Below are positions 26,245-39,316 of a stretch of 64,000 nucleotides of DNA, in pieces (within the stretch, counting starts at the first letter, position 1; every line of letters begins with the position of its first letter). Under the pieces are notes generated by a model that was given only the letters and a program-made list of their open reading frames with translations, was not told the DNA's origin and ran no database searches. The DNA is from Octopus bimaculoides (taxonomy: Eukaryota). Made by a program: the position numbers and the translations under genes. The stretch is taken from contig NC_068997.1 of NCBI RefSeq assembly GCF_001194135.2, positions 40,485,876 through 40,549,875 of the forward strand. The letters are read 5' to 3'.

Positions 26245-26538
26245 ATTCGGCTTGCGGTCATAAGGTCGTGAATTCGATTCCCGGCGACGCGTTGTTTCCT
26301 TGAGCAAGATACTTTATTTCACGTTGCTCCAGTCCACTCAGCTGGCATAAATGAGTCGTACCTGTATTTCAAAGGGCCGGCCTTTTCACGCTATGCGTCA
26401 CGCTGAGTCTCCCTGAGAACTACGTTGGGGGTACCCGTGTCTGTGGATTGCTCAGTCACTTGCACGTTAATTTCATGAGCAGGCTGTTCCGTTGATCGTA
26501 TCAGCTGGGACCCTCGTCGTCGTAACCGACGGAGCGCT

Positions 26539-26540
<2 letters not shown>
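26243..26540 (+). mobile_element. tRNA-derived SINE (family ending CCCTCGTCGTCGTAACCGACGGAG), 5'-truncated
   Basis: B-box-like GAATTCGATTCCC and CORE-like TCCTTGAGCAAGATACTTT. A reverse copy lies at 60850-61070. Confidence 0.8.
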
Positions 26541-26581
<41 letters not shown>

Positions 26582-27219
26582 GTATGTATATTGTTTTATT
26601 AATATTTAGCAGAAGTAACAGAGTGACTCAAGGCTCGAGAGTTTCGTGCCTTAGCTTTTATCATATGACTATTAATATGACGTCACATGGTAAAAGTGTT
26701 AGAATATTTGTGTGACGTCAGATGATTATTAACGTGTAATAATATCACTAGGAGGGTGCAACATCATTAAGGTGCGAGATTATCACTAAGAAGATACCGC
26801 TACACCATTAAGATATGGCTAACATGACGGGCTACACAGAAACAAAAGCAGAACAAAAAATAATTTCAGCCAGCAGCCAAAACACTTTGATTAATGTTTA
26901 TATGCTTGTGACTTGTGAACGTATAGTTATTGTTTTTTATTAGTATATTTTTTTCACTGAGTTTACTAATATTGAGTTTACGGTGAAATTTGTGTTACTG
27001 TAGCTTCAAGCTGGAATGATACATTTTTCACTTCAGTGTAAATTATTTCTAAGCCCTGGCGATTCTCTTCTCTCGATTTTTCTCTCGTTAGAAGTGTTTA
27101 TTTTTCAATTATTTTCCATTCCTTTATAACAAATTTGCTTAGTTTGCGCACTAACACATGCGTATGTGTCCACGTAATGTTTGCATGCATGAATACGAAC
27201 ACATACATTCATATATGCT

Positions 27220-27252
<33 letters not shown>

Positions 27253-27949
27253 NNNNNNNNNNNNNNNNNNNNNNNNNNNNNNNNNNNNNNNNNNNNNNNN
27301 NNNNNNNNNNNNNNNNNNNNNNNNNNNNNNNNNNNNNNNNNNNNNNNNNNNNNNNNNNNNNNNNNNNNNNNNNNNNNNNNNNNNNNNNNNNNNNNNNNNN
27401 NNNNNNNNNNNNNNNNNNNNNNNNNNNNNNNNNNNNNNNNNNNNNNNNNNNNNNNNNNNNNNNNNNNNNNNNNNNNNNNNNNNNNNNNNNNNNNNNNNNN
27501 NNNNNNNNNNNNNNATATATATCTGTGTGTGTGTGTGTATATACATATGTATGTATGTATGTTGTCGACAGGTGAAATCCAGAGACTCTCTGTATAGAAA
27601 ACACTTCATTAACGCTCAAATGATTCGAACTTAATTTCCGATGTCTTAATGAGGGACGCATGCCACAGAGTAAAGAGTGGTTATAAGAGGGATCTAGATG
27701 AGCGGATATGGAGACAATTATAAAGATAAACAAGTTAAATATTACAGTTTGAGTTTGATATACAAACAAAAATTATATATTTATACATGCAAACAGAGAA
27801 AGCAAAGACTAAACAGTTTGAGACGATGAATATTTAAGTATAAATATATAAATGTTTATATTAATACATCAAACTTACACAGAGTACAAAGGACAGAGAA
27901 AATTAAGGGGTAAAAGCAGAGTGCTATAAGTCCAACAACTTTTTCTGGG

Positions 27950-28990
27950 GACTCGGAGATTCATGATAATGTTGGTAGATGTAGTTCACAATATACAGTC
28001 AGCAATCGAAGCAAATAAACATTGGTTAAATCGAGTCTTCGCCATCAGGGTAGAAAATGAAAAACCTTACATTTCGGTTCATGATGTTGAGGAGTTTAAA
28101 AATTCCACCATTAAACTTCTATGCATTATGGTGAGATATCAACAAATCATTTCACACATCCAGCAAGAAGGGAAGAAAAGGGACTACTTTAAAATTATTA
28201 TCCAAAATACTATTCATTGTCAAACGAAATTTAGTCCACCTAGATAACATAAGCTCAGACGAGGTTTCCGATAGATAATAGCCCAAGTAATTTTTAGAGT
28301 TTTCATACAGGAGTAAAAACTGAAACACCAGTAGATGCAGATATGCAGTGAACCCTACCTAAAAGAATTTCTTGTTATCAAAGCTGAGGTTGTTCCAGTA
28401 AAAGGTGTAATTGTTCCTGTAAATACATAGTAAATGGCGTAAATAAATATTCAGATTATTCCATCATTGCTGATAAAACATGAAACATTAGCAGAGTTGA
28501 ACAATTCGCAATATGCCTCAGGTACATCGTTGAAGGAAAGATCAGGAAGTTTTTCAAAGGATTCTATGCAAGGCCAGCTACTGAAGGAAGTGGTCTCGAA
28601 AAATTAGTTAGTAATATACTCAGGAAGCAACAGCCGAAACAAACTTTTTGGATAATGATTCGCTGGTGCAACAAATATGAACAGTGTTCATAGAGCTTTG
28701 GCAGGAAGAATATAGAAAACTTTTCTTCTTGCCATCTATGTCTTATGTTACAAACACTTCCAAACTATTGCTAATTAAGATACAATCACAGACACCGAAC
28801 TACCCCACAATCCCTTAGAAACTATTCGAAAACCGAATTATTTTCTGAAGACTAATCTCAAAAGACATGCACTATTTGTAAGAATTAATATCGGTGGAGA
28901 GCAAAAGTGTTGCTGCAAAATCACCTCAAAGAATGGTATTGCTTGACTCGACAGATAATCAAGATTCAAAAACATTGACAGGCAACTGAA
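27950..28990 (+). mobile_element. hAT transposase remnant (ZMYM1/DUF4371-like), possibly continuing to ~29980 after two SINE insertions
   Basis: The plus frame at 28469 reads ADKT*NISRVEQFAICLRYIVEGKIRKFFKGF (cf. ADET.D.S..EQ...C.RYV). Later it reads GATNMNSVHRALAGRI*KTFLLAIYVLCYKH (cf. YDGA.NM.G......A.YVHC..H). Confidence 0.8.
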
Positions 28991-29064
28991 ATTTTTAAAT
29001 GCCATATGTAATGTTGGCTTCAAATTTTAGTACAAAGCCGGTATTTTCGGGAAGTGGGCCCAGA

Positions 29065-29208
29065 GTTCAACTGCTACTTATTTTACCGACCCCGAAGGGT
29101 GAAAAGTAGAGTCGACCTCGGTGGCGTTTGAAATCAGAACGTAAAGACGGACGAAATAACGCTAAGCATTTTGTCCGGCGTGCTAACAATTCTGCCAGCT
29201 CACCGTCT
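29065..29208 (-). mobile_element. SINE (GGTGAGCTGGCAGAA-headed family)
   Basis: Reverse complement of the head: ACAATTCTGCCAGCTCACCG; core GTCGACCTCGG. Confidence 0.8.
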
Positions 29209-29249
29209 TAATATCATATGTAATGTTGACTTTATATTTGGATCACTTG

Positions 29250-29640
29250 CACAATAAGTAGCTTGCTTTCCAACCACATGGTTCCGGGTTTAGTTCCACT
29301 ACGTGGCACCTCGGGAAAGTGTCTTCTACTATAGACCCGGGCCGACCAAAGCCTTGTGAATTGATTTGGTAGACGGAAACTGAAAGAAGCCCGTCGTATA
29401 TATGTATGTATGTATGTGTGTGAATATGTTGTGTATCTGTGTTTGTCCCCCAACATCGTTTGACAACCGATGCTGGTGTGTTTAGGATCCCGTAACTTAG
29501 CGGTTCGGCAAAAGAGACCGATAGAATAAGTACTAGGCTTACAAAGAATAAGTCATGAGGTCGATTTGATTCGACTAAAGGCGCTGCTCCAGGGTGGCCG
29601 CAGTCAAATGACCGAAACAAGTAAAAGAATAAAAGAATAT
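29250..29640 (+). mobile_element. tRNA-derived SINE with an internal microsatellite (OK-like octopus family)
   Basis: GTAGCTTGCTTTCCAACCACATGGTTCCGGG...GGAAACTGAAAGAAGCCCGTCG-(TA/TG)n-...GCAGTCAAATGACCGAAACAAGTAAAAGA. Confidence 0.9.
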
Positions 29641-29994
29641 GAAACACAAATAGACTTATTAATTACCTCAAGGGAAAACCTGTTGCTATTACAATAGTTT
29701 GGTCATTTAGCTGCATTAACCAAAGAAACTCTTTTTGACTGCAGAAACGCAGAATGATTTAAAAGCATTTAAGTGGGTGCTGAAACGTAGATGAGGCTAC
29801 GAAAGAAACCATCAAAGGCAGACAAGTCTCATTTAAGAAAGCAAAACATTCACGGTTTTAAAAACCATTTTTTCCGATGGTTATAACTCGTGTTATATGA
29901 CTCAGCAACGAAAGTATTTGTCCGATATTGATTTCAATTACTCCCAGTGACAATGCAGCAGAGGTGGACAGCCCTTCCTAGACTAGCGACACCA

Positions 29995-30202
29995 GGTAAT
30001 AATCCTTTCTATTACAGGCACAAGGCCTGAAATTTGAGGGTAAGGAGCTAATCGACGTAATCAACCTCAGTGTTCAACTGGTACTTATCTCATCGACCCC
30101 GAAAGGAGGACGGGCAAAGTCGACCTCGGCACAATTTGAACTCAGAGTGTAAAGTTGGGTGAGATACCACTAAGCTAGCGATTCTGCCAGTTCACCGCCT
30201 TG
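29995..30202 (-). mobile_element. SINE (GGTGAGCTGGCAGAA-headed family)
   Basis: Complete reverse copy: AATAATCCTTTCTA...CGACCCCGAAAGG...GATTCTGCCAGTTCACCGCC. Confidence 0.8.
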
Positions 30203-30712
30203 AAACCAAATAATATTGATGAGAATTTATCAAACATGCCAATGAGTAAAGAGTTCCAACCGTGACTGTCTCAACTTGTTTTAGTCATAGTATCTAGCTC
30301 TTACACTTTCTCAACGAGAGTGTGGTGTCGTTTGAGGGAAATGTGATTCATATTTCTCGTAGTTCGAGCGAACACATTAAGACTGCCTCGTTGTCTTGTG
30401 TCGTGGCGGGTCGATGGAACTGTGTGTTCGGGAATACGACATAGCTTATATGGATATACATTTGGTATCTGTAATTATGGAAGGGATTTTTCTCGGGAAT
30501 GAATTTTTTCTATTTCTTGGATCAGAAAGCTCATGTTGCGTGTACTTAAATGTGAACTTGTCTGTCCGTATATATACGCGTATGTGTGCGTACAAATAGG
30601 AATATATGCATATATGTGTGTTTGTGTGTGTATAACTGTATGCATAGATGTGTGCGTTTGTGTGTGTATAAATATATATTGATATATACATATATATCAT
30701 ACATATAAACAT

Positions 30713-30763
<51 letters not shown>

Positions 30764-30893
30764 CAGAAATGCATGCACAGACACTTGCATATGCATTGAA
30801 ATATGTATAAATACATCTTTATGCAATACACTCGCACTCGCACACGCACATATCTGCGTACACAAACATACAGACGCACGCGCACACAAGGGA

Positions 30894-30935
<42 letters not shown>

Positions 30936-31548
30936 AGAGGGAGAGAAGCAGCTATCTGCGTTTATCTATGTCTTTTCAAGTATATGTAATTAGAACATTT
31001 ATTTAAAAAGCACTCACACACACACACAGATATAAGCACATGTGCACTAAAACACACTCACGCAAACACACTAAAACATAGGCAAACACACCCTGAAGAC
31101 CTCTAGACCTCTTATGCAAAAGAATTGGCGGTCCAGTCTCCATCAGGCGATAGATTCTCGCAATGATATTGACATAGCACGGTGTTCCGTTGTTTGTTTA
31201 CTTATTTCTGCTGATTACATTAAACAGAATTCACTGTTGTCTTCAGCTAAATGATGGCAACAAAACTAAGCAACCAACCAGTGACACACACACACACACA
31301 AATACACACACACACAAACACACGCACGTACGCATGCGCGCGCGAACACACAAACACTTACGTACATAAATACATGCATGTATATACATACACACTCACA
31401 AATAGAGAAAAAAAATAATAATAATAATAAAACAGAAACAAGAAACTAGAAAAGAGTCGAACAGAAATAATCATTGCAAACAAAATTTCATGTAAGCCTC
31501 TACTTACAGAAACAACATTTTTCTGTGTCTATTGTATAATTTTTTATA

Positions 31549-31576
31549 TCATCGTCATCATCATCATCAGCATCAG

Positions 31577-31622
<46 letters not shown>

Positions 31623-31650
31623 TTCATCATCAATGTTAAATATAGAAACG

Positions 31651-31698
<48 letters not shown>

Positions 31699-31728
31699 GT
31701 TGTTGTTGTTGTTATTAGTATTATTATT
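31549..31728. repeat. Compound (CAT)n-(ATT)n-(GTT)n array
   Basis: Direct reading. Confidence 0.95.
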
Positions 31729-34071
31729 NNNNNNNNNNNNNNNNNNNNNNNNNNNNNNNNNNNNNNNNNNNNNNNNNNNNNNNNNNNNNNNNNNNNNNNN
31801 NNNNNNNNNNNNNNNNNNNNNNNNNNNNNNNNNNNNNNNNNNNNNNNNNNNNNNNNNNNNNNNNNNNNNNNNNNNNNNNNNNNNNNNNNNNNNNNNNNNN
31901 NNNNNNNNNNNNNNNNNNNNNNNNNNNNNNNNNNNNNNNNNNNNNNNNNNNNNNNNNNNNNNNNNNNNNNNNNNNNNNNNNNNNNNNNNNNNNNNNNNNN
32001 NNNNNNNNNNNNNNNNNNNNNNNNNNNNNNNNNNNNNNNNNNNNNNNNNNNNNNNNNNNNNNNNNNNNNNNNNNNNNNNNNNNNNNNNNNNNNNNNNNNN
32101 NNNNNNNNNNNNNNNNNNNNNNNNNNNNNNNNNNNNNNNNNNNNNNNNNNNNNNNNNNNNNNNNNNNNNNNNNNNNNNNNNNNNNNNNNNNNNNNNNNNN
32201 NNNNNNNNNNNNNNNNNNNNNNNNNNNNNNNNNNNNNNNNNNNNNNNNNNNNNNNNNNNNNNNNNNNNNNNNNNNNNNNNNNNNNNNNNNNNNNNNNNNN
32301 NNNNNNNNNNNNNNNNNNNNNNNNNNNNNNNNNNNNNNNNNNNNNNNNNNNNNNNNNNNNNNNNNNNNNNNNNNNNNNNNNNNNNNNNNNNNNNNNNNNN
32401 NNNNNNNNNNNNNNNNNNNNNNNNNNNNNNNNNNNNNNNNNNNNNNNNNNNNNNNNNNNNNNNNNNNNNNNNNNNNNNNNNNNNNNNNNNNNNNNNNNNN
32501 NNNNNNNNNNNNNNNNNNNNNNNNNNNNNNNNNNNNNNNNNNNNNNNNNNNNNNNNNNNNNNNNNNNNNNNNNNNNNNNNNTATATATATATATACTAAA
32601 CAAATATGTATGCGTACATATATATATATACACATATATATATATATACTAAACAAATATGTATGCGTACATATATATATATACACATATACATATATAT
32701 ACATATATATGTCTATATGTATATAAAATATATATATATATATATATATGTATATGTGTGTATGTGTATGCATGTATATTCGTGTATATGTATCTATGTA
32801 AGTATGTATGCATGCATGTATGTATGTACGTATGTATGTATGTACGTATGTATGTACGTATGGATGTATGTATGTTTGTATTGGCGCCAATTACCGCTTA
32901 CCGCCGAATGGTTCTCTATTGAAACAGCTTGCTTATTCACTTTGTTCCGTTGTTAACTTCTCATTGCCGAGTATAGTTTTCTATTTTAACTGCAATTACA
33001 GCCAATCTCACTGCAAAATAGCTGCAAGGGTCTTGCTTTTTGTTTTGCTCATTGCTTTTTTCTTTCTTTCTCTCAGTGGAAAATTTTGTGTAACGTAAGA
33101 TATGTACGTTAAGAGAAAAGTTTTTTAAACAGTTGTGTCAGTCTTAGATAGTTGGTGTTATAGAAGCTTGACAATGTTTTCAAGCAGGTAAATTGAATAT
33201 GCAAGCTTACTAGAGAGTGTTGATAATTGTAGAATTAAAGGATGTAAGAACTGATAAAAAGAGAAAAATATGTTAGAATATAATGAAGTTAAACTGAGAA
33301 CTTAAGTTCTTTCTATCGGTAAGAAAAGTGTGGGCAACTTGGTTTCAAGATGAAAAGCCAATGTTCTGTACATCAACACTTAGACAGAAAGAGACGTTAT
33401 TGTCTTTCCATTTTGTCGCTAAATATTTACCTGGACTGGACATTTCTTTTGCATGTAACCATCCAATTAAAGCCATCTGTGTTATGTATCCTGAATTAGT
33501 TAAGGAATTCTATGTAAACAGCTGCTCTTCTAGCCAACCCATAATAGAGCAGAATTTTCCTTCGTAAATGTAGGCCAAATGAGGTTATGCAATATTAAAT
33601 ATTTTTCTCATGACGAAACATTAGCAACTCATTCGGACTCAGCGATATATGAGAAGGCTGTCAAATAATCCTTTATTAACGCTGCTATAAGCAGATTGAT
33701 TATCGGAACGGTTGGATAAGCAAACACGTGTTTTGTGATTTCACTTCGATAATGGAATATCGATTTATCGTATGAATAGTTGGTTCTTTAGCTCATTCGG
33801 TGATGGTTTCGCTTAATAGAAAGTAGTTAGTCATCAATTTTCTAAGTCCACACCTGAATACATCATGGCGATAGACCTGTTAGAAGTAGCTTTCAATATT
33901 TCTACAAATTTCCCCCTCACCACTGAATTAGATGACATAATATAATCACTTATATGTACCGCAGCATACTTCAAGTGGGAGTCACAATATTCATAAGGAA
34001 AACTTCATAGACCACCAAATATGCACTTAGTTTTAACTGTATTTAATAGTCTTTTTTATTTATCCACCCTT

Positions 34072-34356
34072 TTAAAGCCTAGCCAGGCTCATGGGCCCGG
34101 TTTCCCGGTTTCTATGGCGTATATGTTCCCCCCAGCTGGACGGGACGCCAGTCCATCGCAGCGTTACTCAAGAAACAGTGAGAGAAAGTTGAGGCGAAAG
34201 AGTACAACAGGGGTCGCCACCTCCCCCTGCCGGAGCCTCGTGGAGCTTTAGGTGTTTTCGCTCAATAAACACACACAACGCCCGGTCTGGGAATCGAAAC
34301 TGTGATCCTCCGGCCGCGAGTCCGCTGCCCTAATCATTGGGCCATTGCGCCTCCAC
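34072..34356 (-). mobile_element. tRNA-derived SINE (GTGGAGGCGCAATGGCCCA-headed family)
   Basis: The minus-strand head has an A-box TGGCCCAATGATTAG and a B-box GTTTCGATTCC, followed by a body and an A-rich tail. Confidence 0.85.
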
Positions 34357-35015
34357 ATCTAATAGTCTACTGTGGGACTATAACCTGACTTTGGTCCACC
34401 AAACCTTTACTATGACCACTCATGATACACCCGGATTATGTTACGCATCACTGACATATATACCTATATATATATATATAGCAATAATATGGTTCGCGGC
34501 TTGTACCCCTTTAATCATAGGTTAGCTCAATCTCAGGTGAACTAAAGTTAAACAAAATCAACAGCGGTATCATCAAAAGAGTGCAGCTAATCTAGAGTAA
34601 TTGAGTTTGCTTGTGTCCAACGTAATGCAATGTAAAGGGAGATAGTTTTTTGAGATCAACATCGTAATTATACAGCGATCAACTCCACATAGCATGCAAA
34701 GGCTATTCACATCCACGCGGATTTGGAACAAATGAGCAAAGAAGTAAGAGACACTAATAAATGACCCGTTCTCTGCTAGGACTTTACTACAACCACTTGG
34801 CTAGCTGCCACCTTCTGAAGTGTATTATAAGTCAATGATTATAGCGCTCACCTGAGCGCTATAGAGCTATATGGTCTCATTGAGCCGAAGTTGTAAAAGC
34901 AACCCTTCCCTTCCTGTTGTTATCAACAGAAACCGAAAATAAAAGAAAAGAAAAACGAAAAAAAAACAAATAACTTCAACTTTTGAATTCCGAAACAATA
35001 TTCTTAAATGTGACT

Positions 35016-35170
35016 TACGTCACAAATTTACATTTGGTATTTGACGTCATAAATGTATAATTTATATCTTAAGTCATAAATTTACAATTTATATCTTATA
35101 TCATAAAGTTACAATTTATGCCTTACGATATAAATTTTTAATTTATATCTTATGTCATAAATTTAGAATC
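35016..35170. repeat. ~27-bp AT-rich minisatellite, about 6 copies
   Basis: The unit GTCATAAATTTACAATTTATATCTTA(N) is repeated with substitutions. Confidence 0.8.
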
Positions 35171-35501
35171 TACCACACTTAGTATAAAACCGTGTAAATG
35201 TAAAAGACACCCAGCATGATACTAGTCTCTGTTTTATAAGCCAATACCTGGTACTTAACTGTACTATACTATCCATATCAATTCAAATTAAATCTATAAC
35301 TATCTGTGAGTGTGTATGTGTGAGTGTGCGTGTGTGTATGTGAGCGGCTTTCCTTTTAAAGTAATTAAAATACTGCTCTGTTCCGTTTGTACATGTTTTA
35401 GTATTCATATAAAAGTTTCGATACGACTAGAAGTTCCTGTATGCTGGTTGTGTCATGTCTTATCTTCATATACATCCGCCAGTGGACTGATACATCTTTA
35501 T

Positions 35502-35554
<53 letters not shown>

Positions 35555-35916
35555 NNNNNNNNNNNNNNNNNNNNNNNNNNNNNNNNNNNNNNNNNNNNNN
35601 NNNNNNNNNNNNNNNNNNNNNNNNNNNNNNNNNNNNNNNNNNNNNNNNNNNNNNNNNNNNNNNNNNNNNNNNNNNNNNNNNNNNNNNNNNNNNNNNNNNN
35701 NNNNNNNNNNNNNNNNNNNNNNNNNNNNNNNNNNNNNNNNNNNNNNNNNNNNNNNNNNNNNNNNNNNNNNNNNNNNNNNNNNNNNNNNNNNNNNNNNNNN
35801 NNNNNNNNNNNNNNNNNNNNNNNNNNNNNNNNNNNNNNNNNNNNNNNNNNNNNNNNNNNNNNNNNNNNNNNNNNNNNNNNNNNNNNNNNNNNNNNNNNNN
35901 NNNNNNNNNNNNNNNN

Positions 35917-35952
<36 letters not shown>

Positions 35953-36559
35953 CACAATGGGAGTCAAGATTGGCTACTTTTTACAGATATCGTGTCGTTT
36001 AAGTTGTAATAATATCACCGTTTGGGTTGACTTCACTATTACAACTTTGTGTGTCTGTGTCTGTTTGTACGTGTACATACATACTTACACACACACAAAT
36101 ATATATGTGTATGTGTGTGTACAAATATATATAGAAATATCCCGGTTAGCTCTCAAGATTCGATATACGAAAAAACAGGTGCAACACAGGATCTTTACAG
36201 CATGCCATGAACAGGAATACAAGTTCAGCAAATAACTTTTAACTGTCATACAGACATGGAAGAAGGCGAGAAACAACGGCAAACGACTAGAAAATATCTA
36301 AAGACTTTTTATTTTACCCATCTTAATAACATTATACAACTTCATACAACGTGGTGCTACATGTTGTAATCGAAAGTTATTACGAAATTAGAGAACAGGC
36401 ATAATTATTTACAGCCAAATCTTATTACAAAATTATTAAAAAGGTCAAATTAATGAACTACAAACAAGAGTAAACATACCTAGTCACCGTTAGTTCATTT
36501 GAAAAGAATCGGCAGAAAATCGTACAGAAGATGTTGTATCTCCCATAAGGATCCAGGGT

Positions 36560-38340
36560 GTATATGTTGCTTATGTTTTAATTACTTTTTGAAGCATGTC
36601 GTTTCAATTTTCTTGAAACTTCTTTCACAAAACAGCTTGCAATATCACTGAAATTTGAACCTTATCTTGCTGGTGCGCTCACAGTCAGGGTCATTCTCAG
36701 TAAACCAGACCATGATTTTCATAACCTTAGTAACACAGATACCGTATTAAAAATTACGTGCTTGTGTCTGGCTCATTGGTAGGGCTGTCGAGAGCGGTGA
36801 GATGGCAGAATCGATAGTACGCAGGACAAAATGCTTAACGGAATTTCGTCCGTCTTTACATTCTGAGTTCAAAACCCACCGAAGTCAACTTTGCCTTTTA
36901 TCCCTTTGGAGGTCGATAAATTAAGTACCAGAGGAACACTGGGGTCAATATAATCGACTTAATCTGCCCCCATCCCACAAAGAAATTGCTGGCCTTGTGC
37001 CAAAATTTGAAACCAATATTATGGTCATCAGGCACATTTTAAGATGTGTTGCCGTAATAATTCTTCAATAGATCAATTCTTGCTATGAGACTCTCTCAAA
37101 TCCTCCATGTCTTCAGTATTCTACAGTCCCCTTTCATTGGTTATCCCAGCAATGTCATTGGCATCTACCTGTACATCCAGCATGCTGTTACATGCTTCTG
37201 GCCATAACATCTTCCAAACTCTGTTCATGCAGATATTGGCTACTTCATCCCAGGCTTCTTTGATATTAATAGTGGATTACGTTGCATGGCAGCTTTTTCT
37301 AAATGCCACTGACAAATTGTTTGTATGCTTATATTCGCTGTCTTCTTTCAACAAGAAATTTCTTCTAAACGAAGTAGTAGACCTTCATATTAAAAGAAGT
37401 GATGCTTGGTGGTAGGGATATTAGTTTTACGATAACGCAGATCGAAAGGATACCAAGATTTTAAGAGTGATCTTGGGCGTCAGCAAGCGCTAACAATACC
37501 TTATGTTCAAGGTTAGGTCCTTCGCAATATCGCTTCCCTGCTCGTCAAAAGTAAGACACAAACTACTGTATAAACATTTCTATTTTTTTCAAGACATTCA
37601 TGTTTGATTTCCAAATCACAGGCAGATAAATTTTTTGTTATCCTCCTCATGAGTGGAGGTGTTTGTGAATAATAAATAAGCATTGAACTTTGCTCTAAAT
37701 CTTCTGAAACATTACAGCGATCTTTTAAGGTCTTGAACAAACATTTTTGTAGTATTTTCTTTCTATTCTTTCCGTGAGGCGAAGAAGCAGGCTGGCATAT
37801 TTTTCAAGAAAATACCTATTTCCTTTGCATTGAATGCATGTTGGGAAAGATAGTCGTCACACAAGAAGATACTCCTAAGTATTAGTAGCAATTACTTAGT
37901 TTCATGGTTGTCTGTAATGACGATCTAACCAGAAATACAGATGCTGTGGAGGTTGGACGCTTCTGAATTGCAACCCTCTTTTTGTAAGTGTCTGAAGATG
38001 CTCCTTACTTTTTCCATTATCATCCCGCTTAATCTCATATTGCATTGCATTTCCTTGTCCATCCCTACCACAGTCATATCTTCAAATTTTCTCAGAAGTT
38101 TAATCCTTGAACTAATCATCTTCTTTGCTGATAATAATGACATCAGAGCAAGATTTATTTTATCCGCATTCTTCATTGCGCTTCTAGTCGTTGATGAGGC
38201 GACTTTTCAAGGTTTTCCTAAGTACACGTGACGTTCACAGTCGCTTTCACACTTGCAAATTTACATTCAGTCTGATACTTTTCCTCGACACCTTTGATGA
38301 ACTTTCACTACATGAAAGTGCAGACAGCTTAATTATCAAG
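36560..38340 (-). mobile_element. Tigger/pogo-like transposase remnant, interrupted by a SINE
   Basis: CENP-B-type HTH: RKSIRLNV...MKNADKI...KFEDMTVVGMDKEMQCNMRLSGMIMEKVRSIFRHLQ. DDE region: FKTLKDR...SMLIYYSQTP and QEAWDEVANICMNRVWKMLWPEA. C-terminus: FTENDPDCERTSKI. Confidence 0.8.
36792..37020 (+). mobile_element. SINE nested in the Tigger element
   Basis: GCGGTGAGATGGCAGAATCGATAG...GTCGATAAATTAAGTACCAG...GCCAAAATTTGAAACCAATA. Confidence 0.85.
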
Positions 38341-38637
38341 GTGGGTAGGAAATTGTACAAAGCACTTCGGTATGTATCATACATACACCAAAATATTTCG
38401 AATGGGTGGGTGGGTATTATAGGTTCTTACGATCAGTGGTAATATCACAATCTAGTGACAATTGCATCAATCTATTCTCAGCTAGAAAATTGAGTGTTCC
38501 TGCGACGGACCGGCGTCCCGGGCATTGGAGAATCCGGGAAACCAGCCTTATGATTCCTTACGATCGAGAAGGAGCATCATCCTTTTTATATTCATTTTCT
38601 CGGACAATACCTGTTCCTTGAGAGTTTGGTTTACTAG

Positions 38638-38720
38638 GATGGTAAACACTTGTTTACTGCGATGGTAAACGCTTGTTTACTGCGATGGTAAACACTTGTT
38701 TACTGCGATGGTAAACACTT
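38638..38720. repeat. 23-bp tandem repeat (3.6 copies) with an internal palindrome
   Basis: Unit GATGGTAAACACTTGTTTACTGC. Confidence 0.9.
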
Positions 38721-39316
38721 TCGTCTTTACTTTTGTTTCCATACGGCATAACACAATAAGACACTAAGCATAATATTCCAGGTAGGTTCTTATTATTTTT
38801 AGCATTATTGTTTTAAAAATTCTGGAAATTTTGCGCCAACGAAGACTTGACATATCAAGAGACTGGAGCGCTTAAAGAAATAAGGACAAAGAAGGAGTTA
38901 TAAGAACGTTTAAGACAAAATCAAACGAATACGATTAAGCAACAATGCGCATGACACCCAGAAAGTTAAAAGATATGAAGAGAGAATATGGACGGTAAAC
39001 TACGAGCTGACAAAATGTAGCAAAATAGAAGTAGAGAGAAAGAGAAGGTGAGAGGAGGAGAAGTAGTGAGAGAGAGCGAAGTACAATGGAATAAAATTAA
39101 CAGAGAGCAGCGAGAGGGTACCAGGAAAAGAACTTCGAGATTGGAATTGAGTGTGATGAGAAAATATGAAGAGCTGTTGACTAATTCGAGGAATGCTCGA
39201 ACAAAGTGCTCCTATGATATATTAACGAGGAATAAGGAGCCTGTAACCACCGAAGCTATTGTTCAAAACTTGCAACAAATAAACAAGCAACACCTAAATA
39301 AATGAATAAATAAATA

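Noticed and set aside
26243-34356. tRNA genes
   Set aside because: The A/B-box sequences here are SINE heads without a complete cloverleaf.
38638-38720. CRISPR-like array
   Set aside because: Head-to-tail repeats with no spacers, in eukaryotic DNA with no cas genes.
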